This document shows, one piece after another, positions 11,579 through 23,189 of a stretch of 64,000 nt of DNA. The stretch is from Nemertoderma westbladi (lineage: Eukaryota; Animalia; Xenacoelomorpha). A program made the position numbers and the translations under genes. The notes beneath the pieces are model-generated. The model saw nothing but the letters and a program-made list of their open reading frames with translations. It did no database searches and had not been told where the DNA came from. The stretch spans positions 1 to 64,000 of the forward strand of contig JAUCBJ010005165.1 in the NCBI GenBank assembly GCA_032718475.1, read 5' to 3'. Numbering within the stretch: the first letter of the stretch is position 1; each line of letters opens with the position of its first letter.

Positions 11579-13919
11579 AAGCTATGGACCTTTCAATACC
11601 CTAATGGAACCAAAGCACAACTGGATTACATCCTTATAAACAAAAAGTGGAGAAACAGCATGATCAACTGCGCGGCATACAGCTCGTTCAACCTAATTGG
11701 TTCGGACCACAGAATTGTGACTGCAGAGATCAGACTCAGTTTGAGAGCCAGAAATCCCAGGACAAGCAAGCAAATCAACTATGACTGGGAGAAACTCAGA
11801 ACTGACAATGCAGTAAAGGATGCTTACACAGTAGAAGTTCAAAACTGCTTTGAAGCACTTCAGTCAATGGATGAAGACCAGTCCATCGATTCAATATACC
11901 AGAATATAATAACAGCCCACAAGGAATCAGCTAAGAGGCATATCCCCCAGAAGCCCAAACGAAAACAGTATGTGCCATGGCATAACTCTGAGGTTACTTG
12001 TAAGAGAGAAGATCTTAAGATAGCCTACAAAGTTTTAAACCGAACAACCAACAACCGAAAACATTAACAAGGTTGAGAAAGCTAATGATGATCTTAAATT
12101 GGCCTACAACATCAGCCAGGAAAAGTACATACAAGATAAAATTGAAGCAATTACAACTGCCCACATACATCTCACATTCGATTCATTCACATGCTCACAT
12201 TCGATTTTATTGAATAAAAGAACCATCTTATCTTACAGCAACAATAAAGACTTACCTGGCAAACTGTAAATGAGGTATCTGGTTGGAAGAGTTGTACAAA
12301 GGGGCGCCTCAAAGCCGATAGTCCTGAAGAACGTGTTGGGAAGTGGAAAAATCACTTCAGCAACTTGCTTGGGGACACTATTTATAGAAACAGGGGACTT
12401 CACGCCTGCCGAACTCCAAAGAAGCATTAAAAGCATGTCCAATAATAAAGCGAGTGGAATAGATGAAATCCCAGCGGAGGTATGGAAGACAGAAGTGCTA
12501 AACAGACCATTATTGAATGTTTGCAACCGGATGTTAAAAGGGGAAAAGCCACCACCAATTTGGACTAAAGGTCAACTAAAGCCTCTCCCCAAGAAAGGAG
12601 ACCTCAGTATACCAACAAACTATCTTGGGATCTGTCTGCTTGTGGTAGCTGCCAAAATATACAATAAAATGATTCTATATAGGATTAGGCCTCACATAGA
12701 GAAACTACTGCATAAGAGCCAAAACGGATTTCGACCAAATAGATCAACAATAGCTCAGATACTTGCACTAAAGAGACTGATTGAAGGAATTAAGTCAAAG
12801 AATTTCCCCGCAGTCATGACTTTTGTGGACTTCAATAAGGCATTTGACTCCATCCATAGAGGTAAAGTGCTTGAAATGCTAAGAGCTTATAGAATTGTTG
12901 TAGTAATAATATTGTAATTGTTGCTGGCATTGGATTGTTATATTGTGACACAGAAGAGCAGGTACTCTCACCAGGTGAAACTGAGTTTTTCTCAAGCCTG
13001 GCTGGCATACTGCAAGGTGACACATTAGCACCATTACTATTTGTAATCGTGCTGGATTACGCAATGAGGATGGCCACAAAAGTGAAGTGAAGATCTGGGA
13101 TTCAAACTTCAAGAACGCAGAAGTAGTAGATATCCAACAACTACAGTCACAGACACTGACTTTGCGGATGACATCACCCTCCACTCTAATACGCTAGCAG
13201 ATACACAGCTTCTACAAGATAAAGTGGAGAGGGCTGCTGAGGAGGTTGGATTGCATATAAATGCTACCAAGACCGAATTCATGACCTTTTAATGTTGATG
13301 GAAACTTGACAACCATTGATAATAATCAACTAAGGAAGGTCGATGACTTCCAGTACCTTGGATCATGGATAGAGAGTAGCAAAAAGGACATAGAAGTTAG
13401 GAAAGCAAAGGCTTGGGTAGCTCTATCAAAAATGGATGCCATCTGGAAATCAGATCTCTCCAGGCACCTGAAGACTAAGTTCTTTCGAGCCACAGTGAAA
13501 AGTGTATTTTTATATGGGGGTGAGACCAGGACACTGACTAAATCACTTGAACAACGTATTGATGGTTGCTACAAAAGACTACTAAGGGCAGCCCTAAACA
13601 TCAGATGGAGACAACACATGACAAACGCCGAGCATTATGGTACAATACCACCTGTATCAACCACCCTCCATGAATGCAGATTAAGATTCAGTGGGCACTG
13701 CTGGCGAAGTAAAGACGAGGTCATACCTGATATACTTTTCTTGTAACCAACTCATGGAAAGCGTAGTCATGGACGACCGGCCATAACATGTATATATCAA
13801 CTTGAAAGGGATACTGAACTTGGGAGAAACGAAATTGCAACAACTATGGAGAATCGGGAAGCCTGGAAGGATCTCATTTCCACTGTCCGAGTTCGCTCGA
13901 CCTAGTAGTAGTAGTAGTA
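11579..13919 (+). mobile_element. 5'-truncated RTE-clade LINE (APE end + RT) with (TAG)n tail
   Basis: AQLDYIL and SDH (APE); KASGIDEIP, QNGFR, FVDFNKAFDSI, QGDTLAP and DFADD (RT); ends in CTAGTAGTAGTAGTAG at ~13902-13919; frameshifted. Confidence 0.9.
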
Positions 13920-15195
13920 TTTATTAAGGTAGCTAGTGTTTTTTTTTCGTTTTTTTTTTTCGTTTTTTTTTTGGTTGGTTAACAATATGTTTTTATAATT
14001 TCAAAATATACTAGCTAAAAAAAAATACGCTTGATATTTAAAAAAAAACACTAGCTACAATTAAAAAAACATCTGCTAATGTTCCAGGACATTCACCAAT
14101 ATTAAAAAGACAAAAATAAAAAAATAATAAAGTACAAAAAAATAATAAAAATTAAAGATTTTGAACAATTCCCTAGCTACCATAATAGCTAGTGTTCTAG
14201 AACAAATTTTTTATTGTAAAATGTTGAAATAATGTCTACATGATATTTACAATAATGTAAATCAAAGATAAATTGTAAAAAAAAATTTAATTTTTTAAAT
14301 ATAGGGTGGAAACTGCAAAAGTACCGGATATGCAGGTTGTCTGGTATGTTTGTGCACATTAATCCCCTGGGATGGTCCTGACTGTATATGGCTCTCTCCC
14401 AACCCTGGTCATTATGATTGTTTATATATTTCATGTGGATATGGTGGGTGGGTTTGCCTAGATGCATTCATTTATATTATATGCAGTATAATTTATTGGA
14501 TTATGTTTAACTGCTTTGTGTTATAATTATAATTTTCTATTCCAGTTGCTATGTGATGTTGCATAGAATCTGGTGGTGGGTTAGGCCTATCTACATAGTG
14601 TAATCTATCTGAATAGAATGGCCTAGCCTCTGTATTGATAGTGTCATATTGCTGCATGGGCTGCATGCACCTGGTATAAACTCAGACTCCTACAGTACCA
14701 ATATAAGCCTATAAGATAGTTTCCTAGCTACCAGTAGGTATGGAACTACATCGGAGTTTCGCCATCGACCTCATCTTTCCCCGATTTCGGTGGCATCCCT
14801 AGGCTCAGACCTAATGCCTACCGTAGTTGTTTGCTTGTTATATTGCACATTGTTTTCTGTACAATTTTCTACCTTATGTTTGTGGGGTTGCTGGTGTAAA
14901 AGATGTAAATAAATCCCCATTTAGAATGACTCACCAGTGATCTGGGGGGTCATTACAATCAATCTAGGTTGAAATGAGTCCACCGTTTGAAATGAATCCC
15001 TTCAAAGATATCCATAGGTTAAATAGTAACCTGCACTCTTAATAAGATGTGATTGTTTATCTATGAATGTATCTGAATGTTATACTAGAAGGTCATGAGA
15101 AAGCAAATAAATTGGAGATGAGCTGTTGCAACTGTAATTAAAGGTGTAATATTATGGGTTTGTTCAGAAGTGGAAAAAATGGGAGCGCGTCACCG

Positions 15196-15266
15196 GGGGT
15201 TGAACCAGCGCTATACGCACGTTTCGGCCTAACAGGCCTCATCAGTAGCGCTAACCAGCTCAGCCA
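15196..15266 (-). promoter_or_regulatory. tRNA-type Pol III internal promoter candidate (A box 15266-15255, B box 15206-15196), repeated every 340 bp
   Basis: Minus strand TGGCTGAGCTGG fits TRGCNNARYNGG and GGTTCAACCCC fits GGTTCRANNCC; T6 run follows at 15179-15174. Confidence 0.65.
15207..15252 (-). ncRNA. Type I hammerhead ribozyme, copy 1 (intact)
   Basis: Minus strand AGCGCUA CUGAUGA GGCCU GUU AGGCC GAAA C GUGC GUA UAGCGCU: 7-bp stem I, 5-bp stem II, minimal stem III, complete core; predicted cleavage after GUA (between 15214 and 15213). Confidence 0.9.
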
Positions 15267-15546
15267 CTAGCCCCTGACACTCGCAGTCCCACCTAATCCA
15301 CTTCTATTGAACGGGCAGTCTTAAGTTGCAAATATTCTATCTCTAACAGCGGACCTAACGGCCTCAAGTATGCTAGAGTGAAACAGGAGGGAAGTACAAA
15401 TAAATAAATATTCAGCCCGGTATTGCTGCCAGGTGATATTAATTAAATAAATTAGAGATGAGCTGTTGCAACTGTAATTAAAGGTGTAATATTATGGGTT
15501 TGTTCAGAAGTGGAAAAAATGGGAGCGCGTCACCGGGGGTTGAACC

Positions 15547-15592
15547 AGCGCTATACGCACGTTTCAGCCTAACAGGCCTCATCAGTAGCGCT
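15547..15592 (-). ncRNA. Hammerhead copy 2 (C11.1->U at 15566)
   Basis: Same motif; + strand reads GTTTCAGCCT instead of GTTTCGGCCT. Confidence 0.8.
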
Positions 15593-15886
15593 AACCAGCT
15601 CAGCCACTAGCCCCTGACACTCGCAGTCCCACCTAATCCACTTCTATTGAACGGGCAGTCTTAAGTTGCAAATATTCTATCTCTAACAGCGGACCTAACG
15701 GCCTCGAGTATGCTAGAGTGAAACAGGAGGGAAGTACAAATAAATAAATATTCAGCTCGGTATTGCTGCCAGGTGATATTAATTAAAAAAATTGGAGATG
15801 AGCTGTTGCAACTGTAATTAAAGGTGTAATATTATGGGTTTGTTCAGAAGTGGAAAAAATGGGAGCGCGTCACCGGGGGTTGAACC

Positions 15887-15932
15887 AGCGCTATACGCAC
15901 GTTTTGGCCTAACAGGCCTCATCAGTAGCGCT
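15887..15932 (-). ncRNA. Hammerhead copy 3 (G12->A at 15905, predicted inactive)
   Basis: + strand GTTTTGGCCT turns the core GAAA into AAAA. Confidence 0.75.
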
Positions 15933-16226
15933 AACCAGCTCAGCCACTAGCCCCTGACACTCGCAGTCCCACCTAATCCACTTCTATTGAACGGGCAGTC
16001 TTAAGTTGCAAATATTCTATCTCTAACAGCGGACCTAACGGCCTCAAGTATGCTAGAGTGAAACAGGAGGGAAGTACAAATAAATAAATATTCAGCTCGG
16101 TATTGCTGCCAGGTGATATTAATTAAATAAATTGGAGATGAGCTGTTGCAACTGTAATTAAAGGTGTAATAATATGGGTTTGTTCAGAAGTGGAAAAAAT
16201 GGGAGCGCGTCACCGGGGGTTGAACC

Positions 16227-16272
16227 AGCGCTATACGCACGTTTCGGCCTAACAGGCCTCATCAGTAGCGCT
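16227..16272 (-). ncRNA. Type I hammerhead ribozyme, copy 4 (intact)
   Basis: Identical to copy 1. Confidence 0.9.
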
Positions 16273-16558
16273 AACCAGCTCAGCCACTAGCCCCTGACAC
16301 TCGCAGTCCCACCTAATCCACTTCTATTGAACGGGCAGTCTTAAGTTGCAAATATTCTATCTCTAACAGCGGACCTAACGGCCTCAAGTATGCTAGAGTG
16401 AAACAGGAGGGAAGTACAAATAAATAAATATTCAGCTCGGTATTGCTGCCAGGTGATATTAATTAAATAAATTGGAGATGAGCTGTTGCAACTGTAATTA
16501 AAGGTGTAATATTATGGGTTTGTTCAGAGTTCAGAGAGAGGGTTCATGAGAAAGCAAA

Positions 16559-17480
16559 GCAGTCGACCATGCCCTAGCAGCATACTTGGCTTCAGTTTGC
16601 CAGTCCGACCCATTTGTATCACAAATCCTCCACCATAGAACACTAAACCACCACATAGTCCCATCCCTCCAGTCTCTGGCGCAATCTGCAAATGAACCAC
16701 AATGGACCACCCTCGATGTTCTCACAAGCCCAGGTACTCAATGGAAGCTATCCAATGCTATTGATCTGAAACTCCATGAGCAACAACTGTCCCACGCCCC
16801 AGACACTCTGTCAACACTCACCAACTCAACATCACTGGCCCACCCTGGTGACTGGCTGCCATGTGAAAGCCTTGGGCTTCACTTTATGGTATGCCTCTAC
16901 TGGCTCGTTGTCTGCATGGTCTCTGGCCCATCCCCTTGTCCTATATGCCTATCACCGGCCGACCAAATAGGAGACCACCACATAGGATGTAGTGGTGATG
17001 GGGACAGAATCTCATGCCATGACTCACTTCAGGATGCAGTCCTCTCAACAGCCCAATCTGCTGCTCTTGCGCCCGAAGTGAAGTCCCTGGCCTGATACCA
17101 GGTTCCTGTAGCAGTCCAGCAGACATCTTCATCCCAAACTGACAAGGAGGCCACCCAACATCCCTGGACATAACAGGCATTTCCTCCCTCCAGACGAGAG
17201 CTTCCGCCACCCCAGGACATGCATTATCCATCGCATACGACTGCAAGACAGCTGCCGACATAGAAGAGTGCCGCAAGAGTCTGGAGTTTGCTTTATTCCC
17301 CTACCAGTGGAAGCCCTGGGTGGTTTGCACCCTCATGCCTCGGCCACTATGCGGGAGATAGACCGTCTCCAAGGTCTCAGGCGAGGTATTCCCTCAATGG
17401 ACTCCACCCGCCACATGTTCCAGCAGTTATCCTTCACGCTCTGGTGGGGAAACGCCACAATGTGGTTACGACAGGGCCAG
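16559..17480 (+). mobile_element. Degenerate CRE-clade retrotransposon 3' half
   Basis: AAYLASVCQS, GDWL, CPIC...DHHIGC knuckle, PADIFIPN...LDIT (RLE), FIPLPVEALGG and FQQLSFTLWWGNA; stops and frameshifts. Confidence 0.85.
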
Positions 17481-18003
17481 GTTTTCCCTTCAGTCCTGCA
17501 AAATAAATATGAGGGACAAAGTTTTCGACGAAATAAAATATTTTATAAAAACTCGTATATAACCAAATGATGTTGGAAGTGACAAAGGTAATAAAAGATC
17601 TAATTTCCATAGAGGAAATGCTTATAAGATGAACTTGATTCAGATGATGTTTTACTAAGAATTATTGGAAAAGGATTATAATTAAAAAAGTATGCTGCAT
17701 TGAGAACCTGGAGGAACAAAAAATTGGAATAAAAGTATTTCATGAAGGCAATGAAATTAGTGGCGAAGCCAACAACGCACTGGCAGGGGGAGAATGGAAA
17801 ATTGTTGCAAGAGGTGTGTTTTTGGTGGTCAATGCAGTCCCATGATAAAAAAATTAAATTATGTTGAATACTGATAACTGAGGAATAGTAGACCTATAAG
17901 GGGATTTATTTAAACCCGGAGACATCTTTTAAACCTGCAATAGTTTGTATTGAATCCCGTTGATCAAGGGTTTCATTTAAAACTAGGTTGTAATTAATTG
18001 TTA

Positions 18004-18575
18004 GTGGATCCAATTCGCTGCACCACCCAGCGGAAAATGGGGAAAGGCATGATTTACGAATCATGATTGGATATGCGATATTACCAATATAATATTACAT
18101 ACCAAAGGCACCAAGGCCATATACATTGCCAGCTGGAGAGAGATGCCAGTATATCAGCTCATCTCATAGGAAGCTAGCATAGGGTCAGGGGAAAATAGGG
18201 ATTGGCCGGAGAATAGATCAACCAATGACAGGGCGGTTTTCCATCAATTATCGCGCATTTACTGGTAGGCCAAACCTAGGTAGGAATGTGTATCCCATGT
18301 AATATATATAATCGTTACTCTGTTAATTGTGCTTCAGTTGGCTACATTGAGTGTAGAAGTCAGATGGTTTTTAACCATCATCGCTGTCATTGTTACTGCT
18401 ATTATTATATTAGACTGACTGGCTTATCTGTGTTACTCAGCTATTTTACCGGCCTTAGGCCTTTCAATTCCATCAACAGCCTTTCAGTAGCCTAGCAAAC
18501 GCAGCGTCGCGTATTCTCGATACGACTCGAAACACAAAAACCGGTCGGGATCCTTTGCCAACTCAGATCCCGTCA
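18004..18575. repeat. Dispersed repeat; a diverged inverted copy is split into ~22295-22620 and ~25630-25918
   Basis: GGATCCAATTCGCTGCACCACCCAGCGGAAAATGGG reverse-complements ~25880-25917; 18286-18560 aligns by eye with the reverse complement of 22300-22605. Confidence 0.7.
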
Positions 18576-19395
18576 CATTAATGGGGATTCATTTAAACCT
18601 AGGTATAAATGATTTGGGAGTCATTTTTTATGGGATTCATTACAAACTAGTACCCAATCTTCGTCACCTAAGAGGCATGTTTTATTATTAGTAAAATAAA
18701 TAAAATATTTTGCACTGATGTATTATAAATAAAATCAATTAAAATAAATTATGTAAGATGTAATTAAATGCGCTCTAAAATAGGAGTTACTCGTCATTTG
18801 ACCATGATCTGAGAGATATAATGTTGTTCGGTGTCCAGATTAATATTTAATACTAGCTGGCAATTACCAGTGGCGGGTTACCTGTTATCCCACCACTACC
18901 GGTACGCCGGTACCGAACTTGAATTAAACTTTTCGAAAAGTGGCCTTTAACAACCATTGGTTAAATTTATACACACATGGCAAGTCCCAGCGCAATCCAC
19001 TGCACAGCGCTCCACCCGTTTTGGAGGAGTTCGAACACAGAGAAACAGAGAGAGAGAGTGAGACAGACAGAATTTGATTTTTATAGGTATAGATGACATT
19101 AAACTCAGGAAGTAATAAAGAATGCTGTCATAGCTGCGATCATTGTGCGCTAGCATAGAACTGTCATCTTGGTTTTCTGGTTCTGATTGCAAATAAAAAG
19201 TATATTTATTATTAATTTCTAATTATTATAAACTGATTTTGTATTTCAATAGAGAATATCATTCATTGTAATTATTTCGTAATCTTTTAAATTCGAAAAT
19301 TGTCAAAATTAAAGTACCACAAGTACAAACAAACGAGCACTAAATTCATATACACAAATTTGTTTACTGTGCCTACTTTTCAATTAATTTATTGT

Positions 19396-19610
19396 ATGTC
19401 GTTTGTTATGATTCGCTTTGTGTTACTTCCCATTATTTTGGTTTCTGTGGTTGAATGTGCCGATACAGATAACACATTCCACTCCTGTGGAAGATCAATT
19501 TCTTATGGTACAGGATACAATGGATTCCTCCCAAATAAACAACTATTAAACCATGTGATCAAAGAGTTGGTGACAACTAATCAAATAAAATGTATGACAA
19601 GATGTTCAAG
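19396..19610 (+). CDS. Host gene exon 1: signal peptide + start of PAN/apple-like domain
   Basis: MSFVMIRFVLLPIILVSVVECA hydrophobic leader, then ...NKQLLNHVIKELVTTNQIKCMTRCS; phase-2 donor AG|GTTAGT matches exon 2. Confidence 0.8.
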
Positions 19611-19627
19611 GTTAGTTATTTCGGAAG

Positions 19628-19783
19628 CAGGGCAATTCGGTCCGGACAATTTGGTCCCGGACAATTCGGTCCCATTAATTTTGTCCCATTAATTGTCCGG
19701 GACCGAATTGTCCGGATACTGACTAGGACAATTCGGTCCCAAAACATACATATTAATGGGACAGAATTGTCCGGGACCGAATT
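19628..19783. repeat. Small foldback of GGACAATTCGGTCCC subrepeats
   Basis: Direct and inverted copies (GGGACCGAATTGTCC) of a 15-bp unit. Confidence 0.75.
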
Positions 19784-20799
19784 AAATTGGTACTACATAA
19801 TGGTGAATGTTCTAGAATCTTAGTATATATTTTTTTATGGCAGCTAGTGTTTTTTTACTAGCCATTATTTTTTGAAAATAAAACAATTTTACTTTTTTTT
19901 TAAATATTATTAGTTATGGTAGCTAGTGTTATTATGGAGCCAATGAATTATTTACTAGCAAGTAATAGTATGTATTTAAAATTATATAGATATTTGACCT
20001 GATATTTAAACTGATTTTTTTAATATGTTGCCTTTGTATGTGTTGTTGGTTGGTTAACAAGCCTATATTATTATCCTAGATAATAGCCGAATCTCATTGA
20101 GGGACACTTTATTGCTGAATTTAGATTCAGAAAACTGTACCGCCGCACGATGTTCAGTTTAAACTGTCCATTGTGGAATATTAGTGTTGAATATTAGTGG
20201 TGAAGTGTAGAATTGAATATTAGTGTTGAATACGGATATATTCACCTTCAGCAAAAAACCTTGTATCGGTATTGGTTTATTTTGCTTCAGGTGAATATAT
20301 CCGTATATCCATCCAACTCTAAACATTGAATAATATCAGAATATTATAATAATTTATGTTGCTCTGTTATACTTATACTGCACTGTTCTACAGTACTAAT
20401 GAGCAGTCCGTACCTAACAAACTGCCTAATTTACACAATATAGTATTAGTTATCTGAATTGTTGATATCAATGGGATTCAAATGCGTACAGTGATGTCAC
20501 GTCCAATCACAGATCGTTTTCAAATTTTGAATAATTTTATAAACTGAAAATACCAATATCTCGGAGATTTTAGCATCTTATTGAATTCTGTAAACGCCAT
20601 TGTGTTTCTGTGATATTATTGCATCTAATTAAGCTGGTTTTGAATTTGAGTCGTGAACCCCATTGTCTGGGTCACAATTGTCCTAACTCCACTGAAGTAG
20701 GTTCCTGAGGAAATGGCTTTGAATGAACACCTTTGGGTTAAAGAAATTTGTATGTGGCTTTTGTATGGCCCTACACACGCATATCAAGTTTGTAGGACG

Positions 20800-21445
20800 A
20801 AAACCCCTAACTTCAAGAAGAACTTAACCCAAGAAAGCAAGCTGCAACAATAGGCAATCTGTTAGAATTGTGGTGTGAGATGGAAGTACGCCTGGACGAA
20901 GTTGAGGCTTCACAAGCTGGTCTCCAGACAAAGCTACTTGTGATCGAAACTGCTCCAACTGAAACTACTGGAGATGATACCTGGGTTGTTGTGGTACGAC
21001 GAAATTCCAAAAATCTCACAGCTTTTCATAAAAAGTTAACACCAATGTCAAAACAAACAACAATAAACATCTAAACATAGTAGCATAACCCCCGGGTTGA
21101 AAGCGGAATCTGCAGGGATTGCTTTTGGTGCCGCAGTATAATCTGGAGAATTATGGAAAGCGTGCATTCTCGGTTGCAGCACCATCTATATGGAACTCAC
21201 TCCACAAAGATACCCGAACTGCACCATCAGCGGATAGTTTTAAGAAGCGGTTGAAAATGTACTTTTTTGAAAAAAGATTATGGAGAGGAGAACTGAAAAA
21301 TTTATATTATTTTTAACCAACAGACTTTTTCGAATAATTTTTATTTACTATATAATGCTGTGTTTTTAACTTCCACTTATAGCATTGGTCACCATTTTAA
21401 GTGCCTTGAAACACTTGAAGCTCTATAAATATTTTATTATTATAA
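20800..21445 (+). mobile_element. L2/CR1-type LINE remnant (possible ORF1 fragment + ORF2 C-terminus and 3' tail)
   Basis: YGKRAFSVAAPSIWNSL...SFKKRLKMYFF is the typical L2/CR1 ORF2 end; followed by AAGTGCCTTGA...CTATAAAT...TTATTATTA. Confidence 0.7.
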
Positions 21446-23189
21446 ACTATGTTACTGCATTGTTTTTTGTAAAGATTATATATATTTACACCATTAAAGT
21501 GGTTAGTTACCCATTAGGTAAGTTAGTTTCAGTTAAATTGTTATAACAACTCATCAGCAGCAATATGGACGCACTAATTTCAGTTCCCAACTTATCCGAA
21601 AACGCAGTTTTAATTGTGCTAAATACCTGCTGCTCTTGTGGCATATGCTTTGTCAATCTGAGGCCATTGATAGCATAGCCCTTCCTAACTAGCTGAACCT
21701 TTTTTGTTGTCATGGGCATGGCGATCCATCTGATTACTGAGTAATGGATAGAAACAGTATATCAACCAGGTAATAAAGGAATGAAGTCATATCGATGCTG
21801 GTAGGTTTAGGCCTATGTTTGTTTATTAGGCATACTTTTACTATTAAGAGAACTGGACAAGGTACTGGCCTGATGATATTCAATTCATCTGGCAAGTTTC
21901 TGTCTTGTGAGTTCATTAGGCCACTGATACTGTGATGTACTGCACTACAGCACTATGCACTCTGCCTACTGGTCTAGCCTATGCACTAGACAGACTTAAA
22001 TTGGTACTGTGTACTGTTCTGGTAGGCCTTGGTAGTGGTAATTTCAGCAGTACTTCTGTCTAACTTTCAACTTTAGGAAGCCTACCACTGAATTTCTCAC
22101 TATCTATGTTAAAAATTCCGGTTAAACAATCTGCTTACAAGAAGGGCAGAAGCTGTTTACTATATGTTTTAACTAAGGACTACTGAAGCAAGGACTGGCA
22201 CTGTAGTGGCACACGGTAAATCCAGACTTCGCTAGCGAAGGCCATGATGTTTATGTTACCGGTACTAAGGTTGAAGGATAAACATACACATTTTGTGATG
22301 GAATCCCCGAGTTGGCGAGGGAATCCCGACCTGTGTGTATGCGTTTCGGGTCATACGCGTCGCCGCGTTTGCTTGGTTGCTGAAAGGCTTTGAGTTCTGA
22401 AAGGCCGAAGGCCGGATAAATAACTGAGTTTATATGTTATAGCTGCAGTCTTTGATAACATCAGAATGTCAGTAAATAGCACAATCACATAATGGTAGCA
22501 CAGTCAGCGACGACGGTCAAAAACCGTGTTGCTTCTACACTCGGTACAAACCAACTGAAAGACACAATTAATATTGTAACAGTTATATATTACATGGGAC
22601 ACATTACTACCGAGAGAAAGCCGCCCCTATATTAGATTATTACAACAACATATCCATTGGGTAAGAAAGTGGAGGAGAGCCAGCCCGTCTCTTAATTTTT
22701 TACTTTATATTACGCGATCAATTTTCACTCATCTCGTCATGAACCCAACATGTATGTAACCTTTTGTTAAATTTGTTGGCTATGCGTTTGCGGTTGTTTG
22801 GGCGGAGTGTGGTAGGCCTACACTTTTCACACTTAAATATTTTGGTTGTGAAATGTTACAGGGCATAGCTATCTGAGATATTTCATTTATATTTTATTAT
22901 GAGAGGAAGAAGAACATACAAGGTTATTTACTATATATGTAACAAAATAATTGTTTTCGGGTTTAACTTGGAAGGCTCCCCAAATAGTTGATATACAATT
23001 ATAGGCCTATTTAAAATTATTTCCATGGTCATGGTCATTCACCCGTCTTTAGTTAGAAATTTGTTTGCATGAAAGACAGTTTAGTTTAGTTTTTACTGAT
23101 TTATTATCTCTTATCTGACTGGGGTAATAATAAAGGATAGGATAAATGGAAGCAAAGTGTGACAGTAACAAATATTTCCCCGTCACCCT

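Larger units (their letters stand above)
15108..16528 (-). mobile_element. Retrozyme-like tandem array: 340-bp unit x ~4.2, with 15-bp TSD
   Basis: GGGAGCGCGTCACC at 15181, 15521, 15861 and 16201; TCATGAGAAAGCAAA at 15093-15107 and 16544-16558; each unit has a hammerhead motif on the minus strand. Confidence 0.9.

Noticed and set aside
9628-14325. One large foldback element enclosing the RTE LINE
   Set aside because: Only a short CCCTATATTT inverted match and no TSD found
15181-15274. Calling the repeat unit a tRNA gene
   Set aside because: No anticodon arm and no proper 7-bp acceptor/T-arm geometry; only A/B boxes around a hammerhead
19300-19692. 130-aa single-exon ORF
   Set aside because: Only 19396-19610 is exon; the start is a TTG artefact and the end reads into an intronic foldback repeat
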